NCBI GenBank assembly: GCA_013239625.1
Contig: MU054323.1
Location: forward strand, 5,817,220 to 5,881,219
DNA length: 64,000 bases
Direction of reading: 5' to 3'
Source of the DNA: Lama guanicoe
Taxonomy: Eukaryota
Shown here: one piece after another, positions 26,060 to 38,624 of the stretch
Position numbering within the stretch: position 1 is the first letter of the stretch
How the letters are laid out: every line of letters starts with the position of its first letter
Notes under the pieces: generated by a model
What the model was told of the DNA's origin: nothing
What the model saw: the letters and a program-made list of their open reading frames with translations, nothing else
Databases searched by the model: none
Translations under genes and position numbers: made by a program

Positions 26060-26300
26060 CGAGCCGGGAGCCACCGCAGGGGGGCGGGGGCGGCGGACAG
26101 ACGGATGGACACACCCGCGAGCACTCCGCCCCGGGCCCCACGCGCGGCTGCTGGGGATCCCTCGGGCCCGGGGAGCAGCGCCGGGTGCCCGGGCTGGGGC
26201 GCCCCGCCTCCCCCACCCTCCGCCCCCGCCCACTCGGGCGCCCGTGATTGGCTCCGCCCGCCCCTGGCTGCGCGCCGAAGCCCGCCTCCCTCGCAGCTAA
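26060..26300 (+). promoter_or_regulatory. TATA-less core promoter: GC boxes and inverted CCAAT box
   Basis: ATTGG at 26247-26251 followed by ctccgcccgccc; multiple GGGCGG/CCGCCC Sp/KLF sites at 26080-26265. Confidence 0.75.
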
Positions 26301-26904
26301 AGCAGACGGTACCCGGAGCGGAGCGAGCCAGAAGGGAGCATGGTCCCCGCGCCGCGGCCGCGCCAGCCCCCGCGCCGCCGCCGCCGTTCCCGCCGCCGCG
26401 GATCTAACTGCCGCTCCAGCCCCGGCCCCGGCTCCGCAGGGCCCGCCCGCAGCCCCGGCAGCCGCCGCGCCTGAGCGCCGGCCCCGCCCGGAGCCCGAGC
26501 CCCAAGCCCGGAGCCAACCCCAGCCCCGCGGCCGCCGCGGCTGCGGAGAGAGCGGGGGGGGCGATGCTGCCGGAGCCGCCGCCGCCGCCGCCGCCTCGGT
26601 GAGAGCCGCGCCGCGCCGCGCGTAGCCGCACAGGCTGACAGGCAAAAGGACTGACTTCCCTCTCCCGGGCATCCTCCCTGGGCTGCCGGGAGGCGGCGGC
26701 GGAGGAGGAGAAGGAAAGGGGGGTGAAGGCGGAGAGCAGGAACGCGAGAAGGTGGACCTGGATCCGTTTCTCCGGGCCAGGACCCGAGCGGCCCCAGCTA
26801 CCGCTACCCGCCGGCGCCTTCAGCTATCCATCAGCCCTCCTGCGCCCACCCGCGACCCCAGGCTCTCTGCGCGTCGGGCCGGGGCCGGAGCGGCGCGGCC
26901 GGAG
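26300..26904 (+). other. KLHL29: Non-coding first exon (5'UTR), probably KLHL29 (kelch-like 29); 5' end approximate
   Basis: Ends at canonical donor GAG|gtaaga (GT at 26905). The text gccgcacaggctgacaggc...gacttccctctcccgggcatcctccctgggctgccgggaggcggcggcgg...gacctggatccgtttc...ctctctgcgcgtcgggccggggccggag matches my recollection of the human KLHL29 mRNA 5'UTR (unverified). The next exon is not recognised in the window, consistent with a very long intron 1. Confidence 0.7.
26575..26595 (+). repeat. (GCC)7 trinucleotide repeat in the 5'UTR
   Basis: direct reading. Confidence 0.95.
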
Positions 26905-29900
26905 GTAAGAGCCAAGCTAGGGAGCCCAGGATGCGGCGCCGGGGACCCAGGGTTCTGGAGGCGGTGTGGGGCCCGGCTGGGTTTGGGAGCGGGGCCCGAG
27001 CACCCGGAACGCTGGGCTCGGCTCCCGCGGCGGCGGCGGCAGGAGCCTCCCGCGTCTGGACTCGCAAGGCTGCAGGAGCCCTTGCGCCTGCGCTGCTCCA
27101 AGGGGAAAAAAAAACTTCCTGCCCCCGGGTGTGTATGCACAGGGTCTGCCCTGGGCTAATGTCGCCGAGGTACGGGGTGCTGGGGACGAGTGTGACCCCC
27201 CCCCAGGGCCCCGGACGCTGGGCCCGACAGCATGCGTCCCTCCCCAGGCCACCTCCTCTGAGCGGCCCAGGGCCCCGGCCGGGCTGGGGGCCAGGAGGAG
27301 GCACCGGAGGGTTGGACCCTGGGGGCAGCCACGCGCCCGGCCCTTTGGGGAGGTGAGCGCCAATATGCAGCGAGAAGCCAGGTGGGGGGTTCTGTCCCCT
27401 CTGGTCCTCAGACCCCTCATTTGGGGACCGGGTCTCTTCACTCAATCCCAAGTAACTTTCAAGGTAGAGGAGCGTGAAAACCATCGGGAGGAAACCCGTA
27501 CAGACCTTGCTGTGACCCTCCTTCCCTTAATACCTCATGGGTGCCAGCGTGTTTGGGGTACGGAAAGAAGAGCTTACGAGGATGGTGAAGGGGCGAGGAT
27601 GTGGTGTCGAGTGGGGAGGGGTTGTTTATGTGTGGGGTAGTGTGGACAGGGAGATGTGTAATATGGGAGTGTGGACGCGCGCCCCGACTGCCGCGGGAGG
27701 TGCCCGGTGGCAGAGGGCTCACGTCCGGGTCTCTGTGGCCTGGAGCGGGCCGAGAGCTCGAGGGTTATCTGCGGTCGCGGAGCGGGTGCAGGCGCTGGGC
27801 AGTGCCGGCCCCGAGCCCCGAGGGAGGGGCGCGCTTGCCCGGGGTCGGGAGAGCAGAGTCGAGAGCAGGGGTAGGTCCGAGGCAGGTCCGGTCTGCGTTG
27901 GCCCGGGAATGCGGGGATGCGCTGCCTGCCTGCAGCCAACGGTGACGGGGCTAAAGCGCGAGTCTCGGTTGCCTGGGTCCTCCAGATGAGAAGCTGGTTG
28001 TCTTTCCTGCACTCTGGAACCCAACAGCATACACGGTCAGTTGGCGGGTCCTCCTGCGGGTCCCTAGGGATGCTGACGGGTGAGGAGCCGCCGCCTTTGC
28101 CATTCTTGCCGCTCTGCAAACGCTCTCCTCCCTCCCTACGGTGCTTGCGCCGCGGCGCGCCCGGGGCGAATCGTGGACGCAGGTATTTATGTAGCATTAG
28201 GCGAGACCTCGGCGCTGGAGGGACCGGACCGCTAAGGATGCCGAGCTGCTGCTGCCCGCGAAACTTCCACCTCGTCAGCTTAGGGACGGTCAGGCTCCAC
28301 TGCTGCAGGCTCCAGCCTCTCACCAGCCGAGCTATGCTGGGATTCGGACTCCTCTTGCAGTGACTGATCTGTCCTGGTTACAGCTGTATTTACCCTAATT
28401 TCAGTCGGTTTAAAGTTGTCTCTCTAGTCGCTACAGCGTTCCTTTTCTTGCCATGTGGTCTTATTTCTCACCCGGCCCTGGAAGGGCAAATTTAAGGAAT
28501 TTTCAGTTTAGGATGAATGACAGCAGATTTAATTAGCCCACCTCATTTGTTAATGTTTTTAAAAATTATATTGGGGACTGTAGAACTACTTTTTCACTCT
28601 TTGGGGAAGGATGTGTGGGGATAAACAACTTTATAAATTGTTTATCCCTACTCTTGACCAAAACATTATCAGATAATACACAGGTGAATCCTTTAAAGGC
28701 TGGTTGATAAGCGTGTATTTGTGTAGTCACATATTCTAGGCATTTATACAAGAATGGAGCTGAGTGCCACTGGTGATTATAGTCTGCGTCCCAAACATTG
28801 TTCTGAGTGCACCTGGTTTATCATCCTGCTATAAATCAGGGAATAACTGGCATATGTGCCCTTAAACTCTATATGAATTTAATGTCATTTAAATTAATTT
28901 GTCAGCTGATGCATTTAACCAATTTTAATAACTTTTCTGCAGAAGCATCTTATAAACCGTATTTGTCCATGATTAAGAAAAACGTTTTCTTCTGTTCAGT
29001 CTCTCCATTTCTAGCACACTTAACAGAAATTTATAGGTCTCCAACTTTCATTTGCAAGCAACAATCCAAACGAAATACCTAGAGTTGTACTGAAATAAAA
29101 TATCCTATGGTAGCCATGGTAACAAATAGATTAAGGGTTATTGGTTTTCATCTGTATGTGATGGGAGGGAGGAATCTAGTGTTGTGTCTTTTTAATTATG
29201 CTTCTAATGAGTGGTGGTCATACTTCAGGTACTCAGTGTGGGAGATAAGCGAGACCGAGAATTCAGTTTCGTGAGAGGTTTACTGGAACAAAGACTAGTA
29301 GAGCCCAGGAGAATGACTTCTGCTAACTGCAGCTCCTCATATCCAGGAAGCGAATGTATAAAACCGTTTTTGTTTTTCAAGTAGATGAGAATCGAGTTAG
29401 TCCCTTTAAGATTAAAATTTTATTATGTTTATAAGCTCTCACCAAAGGAACCTTTAAATCTAGCCCCTGTTTTCTAGGAATAAACATGTTAGAAGTGTGG
29501 ATATTGGTGTGGATTGAGTATCACAGTTGTTATCAACACCTGTCAGTCTAAGTGAGGCATATGATTAGTCTATTCAAATCTTGCCTGTTTCAATATTCAT
29601 GCATTTCCATGGTGATCCATTCCATTTTTGTTTACTTAGTCAACCTTATAAATCTTTGGCATCAATTTCAGTTGTACCATCTTTGTTTCTTTCATTTATC
29701 AATTGATTTGGCTGTAAATCATTCCCAGGTTGAAGGGTTTCTTTCTTTTTTTTTTTTTCCTTGCTAGTTCCCAAAAGTTTATATAGTATTCCTGGTTACA
29801 CACAGATATAAAAGGGTTAAACTTTTTAATTCAAATAACACCACTGATGCTAATGTAGTTTTTTAGTATCTTATGTGATGTGTGTGTGTACATGGGTTTG

Positions 29901-31348
29901 GTTTTGTTTGTTTGTTTTTTTCCCTTCTTCTAGCAGGCTTATCCTAAAGCTTTCTCTCTTTATGGCCTGGAGATGTCAATCCAATCCAGCCAAATTGACT
30001 AAAGGCTTTCCTTTCTTCCTTCCTTTTCTTCTTTCATTCCTTCCTTCCTTCCTTCATTTTTCCCCCTACCCTGTTGTGGTTCAAGGATTCTTTATGTCTT
30101 CAGCTATATCTGGCTCAAACAGACTTCAGGACTTTGCATATTATAATAGGCTTGTCCTTCTATTAGGATCTTTTCTCTTCCAATAGTAGACAAAGACAGA
30201 AGGTTCTGGAGCATCCGAGGATTTTTCCAAGTACAATATACATTTCGTGGCAGCATATAGTGTCTCTAGGATCATTGTAACCTTGTAAGTTCACTGAACA
30301 GGCAGTTTTGCTTAAACGCAAGTGATGATTTTGCTCACCCGCTTTCAACTTTGCTTTCTAATGATGCAGTCCCATGCTAATCGCACCCGGTATATTTCAG
30401 AAATATCAAGGCGAGCATTAGCACACTACTGACTTATTACGATCAGGCGAAGTAATTGGAGCACTTAAGTTCAAAGTCAGATGGAGAAACGGAATTATAA
30501 CCAATCTTGTGATTCTATAATCGGTCAACTAAGTGATTACTTGAGGGTAGGGGGAGGAATAAACATCACGAACAAGAAATCCAGCCTTTGGTTGCGGTAG
30601 GTGAGGATAAACCAAGGGAGAAACCACATAGGATGACTGGAGGATAAGAAAGTTCTTTGTGGACAGATAAATCACATGTAGACCCAAATGATTAGAAACC
30701 AGAAGAATGTAGTTTGTGCAGAAGATGATCATTTATTACTCAGGAAATCAGGATGTCATCTCCTAATATGCAAAAAAAAAAGATCTTAATCGTTTTGGTT
30801 AAGAAAAAAAAGTGTGTCGGAATTCTTTACCTGCCTGTTGGATCAAAAAATGCTGAGATCAGGATCACACTGAAAGCAAACTCTGGTTCTTCCTACCACA
30901 GCTACCCACTTGCTTTCCCAAAGTCCTAAGTCAGAAAGGTAGTCTCCTCTTTCTTTAAGGAAATCACTGGAAAACACGGAAATTGACACTGCAGAAAAAA
31001 AAAAAAAAAGATGAGGTAGGGTGATCCTTGGAAGTAGCAGCACAGTTACTGGTGAAATGAACTTTATTGTCTTGGGACATATCCACCTTTAAAGTGGGAA
31101 AGGGAAGATTTATCATTTCCCATGAGAGAGGATATCTGCATGAAATTCACACGGTTTAAATTTTTGACTCTGCAGCAGCTGATGGTGATTCAAAAGCCAG
31201 AAAAGGAACATTGTTGTGGTCAGAGATCAGATATGGGCCAACAGATCAGCTCCCCAAACATTTCAAGGCTTCCATTAGCTCCACAACTGTCAATTTTTAT
31301 AATTATTTTATGGAGTTTTGAAATTTTTAAATCATTGACTCTTTTAAG

Positions 31349-31445
31349 GATGTGTGTGTACATAAATATAAATACATATATACACATACATACATACAAA
31401 TATGTTATATATAATATATGTGTATATACATATATACAAATATGT
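31349..31445. repeat. (TA)/(CA)/(TG) low-complexity tract
   Basis: direct reading. Confidence 0.9.
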
Positions 31446-31459
31446 ATTCTGCCACTTTT

Positions 31460-31820
31460 CTTTCTTTTTTTAAAATTGTGGTAAAAGGAAGCGCATAACA
31501 TAAAATTTACCATCCTTACTATTTTTATGTGTATGGTTCAGGAATGTTAATATTTTATTGTTGTACAATGGAGACCCAGAACTTTTTTATCATGCAAAAA
31601 TGAAACTCTATACCCATTAAACATCACACATCCATTTCCCCCACCCCCATCCCCGGCACCTACCATTATACTTTCTGTTTCTTTAAATTTGACTACTTCA
31701 GATACCTCATATAAGTGAAATCCTACAGTACATGTCTATGAACATGGGTGAGCAAATATGATTCAGGATCCAGCTTTCAGTTGTTTTGGAGATATACCCA
31801 GAAGAGGGATTGCTGGATTC
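31460..31820 (-). mobile_element. L1MB/MA-type 3' end
   Basis: ttttaaaattgtggtaaaa...aacataaaatttaccatc...gatacctcatataagtgaaatc...tatacccagaagagggattgctggat. Confidence 0.85.
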
Positions 31821-32009
31821 TTCCACTTTTTCCACCAATGTGTTACATTGATGCTATGTGTAAGAGACATGGTAAAAGTGCAGTCAACAGAATCCAGTCA
31901 GATAAAGAATGCAGTGAATGTGACCGACATTTGTTTTTTCCTTTTCTGTGTATGCATTCCCTTACAAGTCTCTCCAGTCTCTTACATTTTGCTTTTAGGA
32001 CTTGCCTGA

Positions 32010-32220
32010 GTTGCAGAGATATGGCAGAGTGGGAAAAGGCGTGGGTTTAGTTATCAGAGTTGAAGTCCAGTCCCTGGTGCCAACTAGCTGTTGACCTTGA
32101 AAAGATCCTCGATCTCAGTAAAACTCCATTTTCTTTTATGAAAATAGAGGGAGTAATCGTGGCCAAGATAACTTTGGTAAAACCTGCATGACAGTGTCTG
32201 GCCTAGACAAGTGCTCTAGA
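32010..32220 (+). mobile_element. MIR
   Basis: caactagctgttgaccttgaaaag...ctccattttcttttatgaaaatagagg...acagtgtctggc. Confidence 0.65.
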
Positions 32221-32569
32221 AAGAAGAGCTTCGGTGAAGTAGCCGATTTAGAAAAGGCAGCAGAATAGCAACCCCTGGAGATTTCAGAACCATAGACACC
32301 TACCCTGTTAAATTTGATCATAAACGTTTCCTTGATATGCCAGGGTATATATAAATATATCATATTCTTTGAGTCTCATTATCAGGACTTATTCTAAAAA
32401 GCATAAGAGATTTGCATCACAATTACAATAGTTAAAAATATCCTTGAGTGGATTTGATATATGAACTTTTAATTCCATTTTTAGTATCATAATTTTAGTG
32501 TTGATGTGGATTTTAGAGGTCAGCTAATCTACCTATTATTCAATCACCAAACCTGTATCAAGCCCCAAT

Positions 32570-32785
32570 AATATAATAATAATAGGTTACAGTTATGGCT
32601 GCCCACTATATTCTAGTACTTTACATGTATTATCTCTAATCCTCATATCAGCGCTGCGAGGTAGGGATTATCCACATTTTACAAATGAAGATGAGGCTCA
32701 GAAAGGTAATCAACTGGCCCAAGGCCACAGATCTAGCCACATTGTACATCTAGGCATAAACCCAGATTCTTCAGCTACCAATCTG
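32570..32785 (-). mobile_element. MIR
   Basis: actttacatgtattatctctaatcctcat...cattttacaaatgaagatgaggctcagaaagg. Confidence 0.8.
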
Positions 32786-33709
32786 TCTTATCTTTTCTTT
32801 TCCGTGTGTGTTTGTGTCTGTGTGCGTATGTGATAATCCAGACTGGGTCTCAATGCATTTGTACCACTTCACGCTGCCCATTATGTGCCAGGTACCGCGT
32901 TGTCTCTGCTAATTAACATTTTAAATAAAATAATTCTATTAGCAGAAATGTGAGCTTAAATAGGAATAATCACTGGGTCGGAACAACATTCCTAGCACTT
33001 TTGGATTTGCCACCTGCTTCCATTTACTCTGATTCCTGGGAGGCTAACGAGGAAAACTTTAAGGTGCTTAGAATAGCACCTGTTTCCACGTTGAGCCAGT
33101 GTAATAAATAAATAGCAAATTGAAGGGTACAGAAATGTAGAAAGGACCAAGGATACTTCCAGGACCACTAAAGACTGATCTGGCCGTGTTCACTTGTGAG
33201 TGCCAGTGCCTAGCACAAAACTTGATAGTAAAAATGTTTGCCTGGATAAATCTGTGCCCAGAGAAGGTGTCAGGTAATAGACATCAAAGCCTGCTTTTTG
33301 GATTTCCCTTTCACTCAGTAGTGGGTAGCTATCTCTTCATGGCTTTTCATTGTGTGGAATTTTAGGTGCTATGTTTGGGCGTATATTTATTAATACGTTT
33401 GTTGATGAATTCTAACTAATCTAAGTGGAGTCTTCTAGGATTTATGACTTGAGACTTTGAAGACTAATTTTCTTGGAGCTTCTTCATTCCGGTAATAACT
33501 TGAATTTATTTGGCACTTTTGAGAGTCGACACAAATGTCTGTCTTAGCCCGTCCTTCACATCACACTTACTTGTGAGGTGTTGTCCTGACTTAGATTTTT
33601 AATTTGTGGAATTTCATAAAAGCTTTTTTTTTAAGGAAATAAAAGCCCCTCTCAATCACAGAGAACACTATGATGGGGCAGTAACACTGTATTTTCCAAC
33701 TTCTGTTCT

Positions 33710-33775
33710 AGTTTTATTCTCTAGTTTTATTCTTGTTTTGTTTTGCTTTTTGTTTTTTTGTTTTGTTTTGTTTCG
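33710..33775. repeat. (TTTTG)n low-complexity tract
   Basis: direct reading. Confidence 0.85.
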
Positions 33776-34489
33776 TCTTTGGAGTTGGGCAAAGTGAACA
33801 GAACCTGGGGCAGACACCACAAAGATGTGTTTGCTCCCTGTTTCAACTTTTGCCACCCCTCTCAGGCAAGGAATGTCTCCCCCAGTTTGGAATTCACTGT
33901 GAGAAAGGCATGGTTACGGTGCCTGTGATCAAACTTGTAAGTGAGCGCTTGCACAGGGGAAGATGGTGGGTAAGGGGGAGGCTGCAGGGGCCCTGGGTTG
34001 GCCGAGCTGCTCCTGGGTGCCTGCCAGCTCCACACCTCCCCCTTCTATCCTCAAGGTAAAATCAGGATCAGGCGGGAGGCTTTCTTTTTCTTTAGGGGTC
34101 CCTGCAAAGCTCTTAGGAGCAGTGTCAGGGTGGGGACGATGAGGCATGAGAAGAGAGGGGGACTCTCTCTGTCTTGTGAAAAGCAAAAAAAAAAGCTCTT
34201 CAAAGGCGAGGCCGCATTAGAGACCTAACAGTTGCCAGATCATCCCTGTTTTCCTTTTGGATATTTAGCAAATTGAGAAGTGGCAGGGAAAGGCAAAATG
34301 TGAATTAAAAAAAAAAAAAACAAAAGTCAAAAACCTCACCTTTCTCTTTTACCTTCTCTTTTCAAATTTCCAGCTTTAAGCATTTGCTTTCGGATCAAAA
34401 CCAAAGCTGAACTCAGCCTCCCGAGGAACTTTAATGATATAAATTCATCTCCTGGAGCTTCTAAATGAGTACAGACTCAGTAACCGTTT

Positions 34490-34620
34490 CCTGAGCAGGT
34501 CTAGCGGAGAGAACCGCTCCCTTCGTGTGGCATCTCATTTGTTGCTCTCCTTGGGACATGGGTAATGTCATTCCCATTTTGCAGATGAGTTCTAGAGAGA
34601 CAGAGCATTTGCCTGAGGTC
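34490..34620 (-). mobile_element. MIR fragment
   Basis: cattcccattttgcagatgag...ttgcctgaggtca. Confidence 0.6.
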
Positions 34621-37579
34621 AGGTCAGGGGTGGCTGGAGGGGTTTAAGGAGTGCACAAGCCTGGCCTCCAGACAACTGCCAACCTATGAAGAAAGAAGAG
34701 AGCCAGTGTTCCCTTTCATATGGAATATAAATTGCTTTATTCAAATAACAGAATAGACACGCACTTAGCCACCTTGCTCACTGACTACGACAGTTGACAT
34801 AATAAATTGAGGTCCAACTAATTTTATTTGGAGGCTTGAAATAAACTCAGAGAAACCAAAACCCCGCTGGTACAATTTCAAACACCATCACACTTAAACT
34901 CACTGCCATCCTTGTTTGTAAACTGAACAAAAGTTCAATTCTGAGTTTATCTTGAAGGCTTAGGTCTAACTGACTACTTCTCTTTGTGGTCAGAAGGCTT
35001 CTTAGGGTTCCCTGACTTAAATGTATGAGAATTGAATATTTGAGGATTAAGTGGTTCCTCTTTACAGTGCTTAGAACAGTACCAGGCATATCGTTAACTA
35101 CTGTCTACGTATAAGGGTAGGTTGTACTCTGTTTCATATCACACGAACAAGTGGTTGTTTCTGGATTCATTTTGGAAATCACAGTCTCCTTGAAGGTAAG
35201 GACCAGCTTTGTCTTTGAGCCTTGGACCTGGTACATGTTGAGTACTCACTGAGACATGGCCCTGAGCAGGAGAGCTCCCATCCTGACTCAGAAGCCCATG
35301 GCATGTGGAGAGCAAGTGAAGTAAGACCAACAAGTGGTCCAGTCCAGGAGTTTCCTGGGAAGTTCTGAAAGATAGAGCACAGGGGAAGAACACAATCATG
35401 AATGCTGCCGCGGACCCCTTCGTGATCCTGCCCAGCCACCTAGGTTGGATGCTGCTGCCACTGACCAGGCTGCCCAGTCCAATAGCAAATGATGCTCCTC
35501 TAAGCTTGGTCCTCAGATTGGTGCCAGGCCACAGATTGGTTATCAGTCTGTGACAAGAGCAATTGAGAATAAGCATTTAGAAACTTCTGTTGGATTTGGT
35601 ACTGCCTTGACTGCCAAGAGCGTGATCCCTGGGCTTTGCTCATTGAAGAAGGTGTGCACTAGGTTGGGGCCACATCACCCTCCCACGTCACTTGCTGATA
35701 AAGCAGCATGTGATGTGAGCTGTGCTCTAGCCGTGCATGGTAGGACCACGCTTTGATTCCTAACAGATTGGAGATACAAATAAAACCCTCAAACCTGGTC
35801 TTTAAGCACACAGAAGGGTAGAGTGCCGCGTGGGAGCCGAGATGCAGTTGTCTTGCCGGAGCACATGCAGTGATTTTCTAAAGCTCCGATCTAGAATCTC
35901 TCATCAGCGAGGCCAGGCTTGTCACCTTTGGGGCAACAAGCGGATTGAACTTTGGCCAGTCCAGCAGTGTTCACTGCAGCAGGGGCCGCTGCCTGGTTTG
36001 TTCTGTCCCGTCCAGAAAACAATTGCCATGTTGGGTGAGCTGTGATGGGGGGGCCTTCTCTGTGTTTATGTGCATCCCCAGTCATCTCCCTGAAGCTGAG
36101 TCTGAGCTTCCGGTCTTAGTGCAGGAACCTCAGACCCACGTTCGTATGAGGCCATCTTGTTGCAGTGCTGCTGTTTTGACTTCTCGAGCTAAGCGTGTGT
36201 TCTTTTGCCACTAAATTAGCTGATTTGTTTGGGGTAGTTTATTTTGCCACTCAGTAGCTTATTTGTTGGATCTAAAGAAATATAAGCTGAACATGCTCTG
36301 ATTCTGGCTTTCCAAACCAAAAGCAAGGGCCACAGAATTTGGGAAGCATAAGTGGCACGTTTGGAAGCCGGGTTAGTGAGACCTGGAGGCTGTGTACCGT
36401 GTGTGTGCCGGGCTGCTCCGGCCAGCATAGAGCCTGCGAGAAGTGGAGTGCTGTAATCTATTCGGTTCATGCTGTTCCAACCAGCTTTAATCATCACAAC
36501 TTGAATAATATTCAAACTGTGAAAGGAACATATTTCTTGCTGAAACCTAGGTATGCCAAGTAGAAGCTCTGAAGCTTCTCAACCTACCGATCTATGGCAA
36601 CACATTGCAAAAAAGAAAAAAAAAAAAAGGAGCACCTGGATTGCTTCATGCATCGTGGGGAAGCTGCCTTTTTCCACAATCAAATGGCACTAAGATCTAA
36701 AATTTCCTCTTTTCCCCCCAAGGAGAAAAATGATTTTTATGGAAACCAGGCTTCATGGAAGTCATTTTTTTCCCCTCCATGAAGTCACCACCTCTCTTGT
36801 AACTGAAGGGACATTTTTCCGCTGGCACTGGGTATCTAACAGGGTCTGCTCTGGCACCCCTGGGGGAGAGGTCTGGCAGTGCAGGGGCTGTCTGGAGGGA
36901 GGGGATATGGGTTGTGTGACCTGTGAGACATCAGTGACTGGTGCCTGGGACATAAGGGGAAGGTCACAGGCTGCAATAGAGAGACTAAGAGGAAAACAGC
37001 TCAGGCTACCACATGGCTGAGATAAAGCCACACAACCCGTCATCCTGCAGCAAGGACTCCAGCCCTGGTTTCCAGGTGGGGCTGTGATGACAGCCCCTGC
37101 CTCTCCCCACTCTCTGTCCCTCACATCCCCCAGTGAAGAGGGCATGCCAGAGCCACCGCCCTGGGCAGGTTCCCCCCTAGGAATGTAAAGCTTCTCTCCT
37201 AGATTCTGCAGAAACCAGAAAAAGCCATCTTTGTTGATGAGGACTCCTGGGGAGGCTGCAGGGGTGGGGTGGGCACTCACTGAACTGTGAAGTCACAGCT
37301 TAAGAGCAGGAACTGTCAGCTGTTTTTATTCCAGGTGTGCCTCTCAGGATGTCTGGCCTCCACAGACATTCTTTGGTATCTGATATAGGCACCTAGGCCA
37401 GGTGTAGTCTCCCTTGGTCCTAGGGAAAGGAGGAGGCAGTTGGCTGTCTGACTCTTGGCTCCCATGCTCCATGTGACCAGGGGTCCACTGGGGTTAAGGA
37501 TGGGGACATGAGATCAATATCTAGGGACTGAGCTTGTAACAGTGGGGAGGACAAAACAAAGTTACAATTAGAACTTGTT

Positions 37580-38479
37580 TACTTTCAGCCCAACAACAAA
37601 CAGACAGCTCGATTGAAAACATGGGCAAAGGACTTGAGCAGATATTTCTCTGAAGAACATATAGCAGTAGCCAACAAGCACATGAAAAGATGCTCAACAT
37701 CACTAATCATTAGGATAATGCAAATTAAAACTGTCGTGAGATACCACTTCACATTCGTTAGGATGACTGTTACTTAAAAAGAAAAGAAAAAGTGTTGGTG
37801 AAGATGTGGAGAAATTGGAACCCTTATGCGCTGCTCTCATGGCAATATAAAATGATCTGACCACCAAGGAAAACAGTATGGAGGTTCCTCAAAAATTAAA
37901 CATGCAATTATCATATAATCATCTAATTCTGCTTCTGGGTATATACCCAAAAGAAGTGAAAACAAGGACACAAGGACTCAAATAGGTATTTATACACCCA
38001 CGTTCGCAGCAGCATTATTCACAAAAGGCAAAAGGTGGAAGCAACCCAAGTATTCATCAATGGGTGATGGATAAATAAAATATGTTATGTACATACAATG
38101 GAATATTACTCAGCCTTAAAAAGAAAGGAAGTTCTGACACATACTAGAGCAGGAAGGAACTTTGAAGGCATTATGCCAAGTGAAATAAGCCAGTCATAAA
38201 AGGACAAACATTGTGGGATTCCACACATATGAGGTACCTAGAATAGCCAAATTTATAGAGACAGAAAGTAGAATGGTGCTTTCCAGGGGCTGGGAGAGAG
38301 GGGAATGGGAAGTCCTCGTTCAGTGGGTACAGTTTTAGTGGAGGAAGGTGAAAAAGTTCTGGAAATGGATGGTAGTAATGTTTATACAACAATGTGAATG
38401 TACTTAATGCTACTGAACAGTACACTTAACTGATTAAAATGGTATATTTTATGTTAATATTTTTACCACAATAAAAAAA
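37580..38479 (+). mobile_element. L1MB-type 3' portion (ORF2 C-terminus, 3'UTR, poly-A)
   Basis: aaatgggcaaaggacttga-like text, atgaaaagatgctcaacatcactaatcattagg, gagataccacttcaca, ggaagcaacccaagt, atacaatggaatattactcagcc; ends accacaataaaaaaaa. Confidence 0.92.
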
Positions 38480-38624
38480 ATAGACTTCTAAGCATATTCC
38501 AAACTGGTTCTCCTAATAAATTCTTTCAACAATTTGCTTAGAGGGAAAAAGTCATTTACTAACAGTTCAACAATCTGAGCATTTGCTGTGTATCTTGCCC
38601 TGTGCTGGGCATTGTATTTATTTA

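Larger units (their letters stand above)
25730..28330. promoter_or_regulatory. CpG island spanning promoter, exon 1 and 5' intron 1
   Basis: abrupt rise to very high GC content with dense CpG (gcgcggccgc, cgccgccg) versus CpG-depleted flanks. Confidence 0.97.

Noticed and set aside
25808..28363. Many overlapping 100-250 aa ORFs on both strands in the CpG island
   Set aside because: Ala/Pro/Gly/Arg-rich translations expected from stop-codon scarcity in GC-rich DNA; no recognisable domain, and they run across the splice donor.
30322..30432. C/D box snoRNA candidate (GTGATGA ... CTGA)
   Set aside because: No convincing terminal stem in the proper register and no recognisable rRNA guide; the region is better explained by the palindrome.
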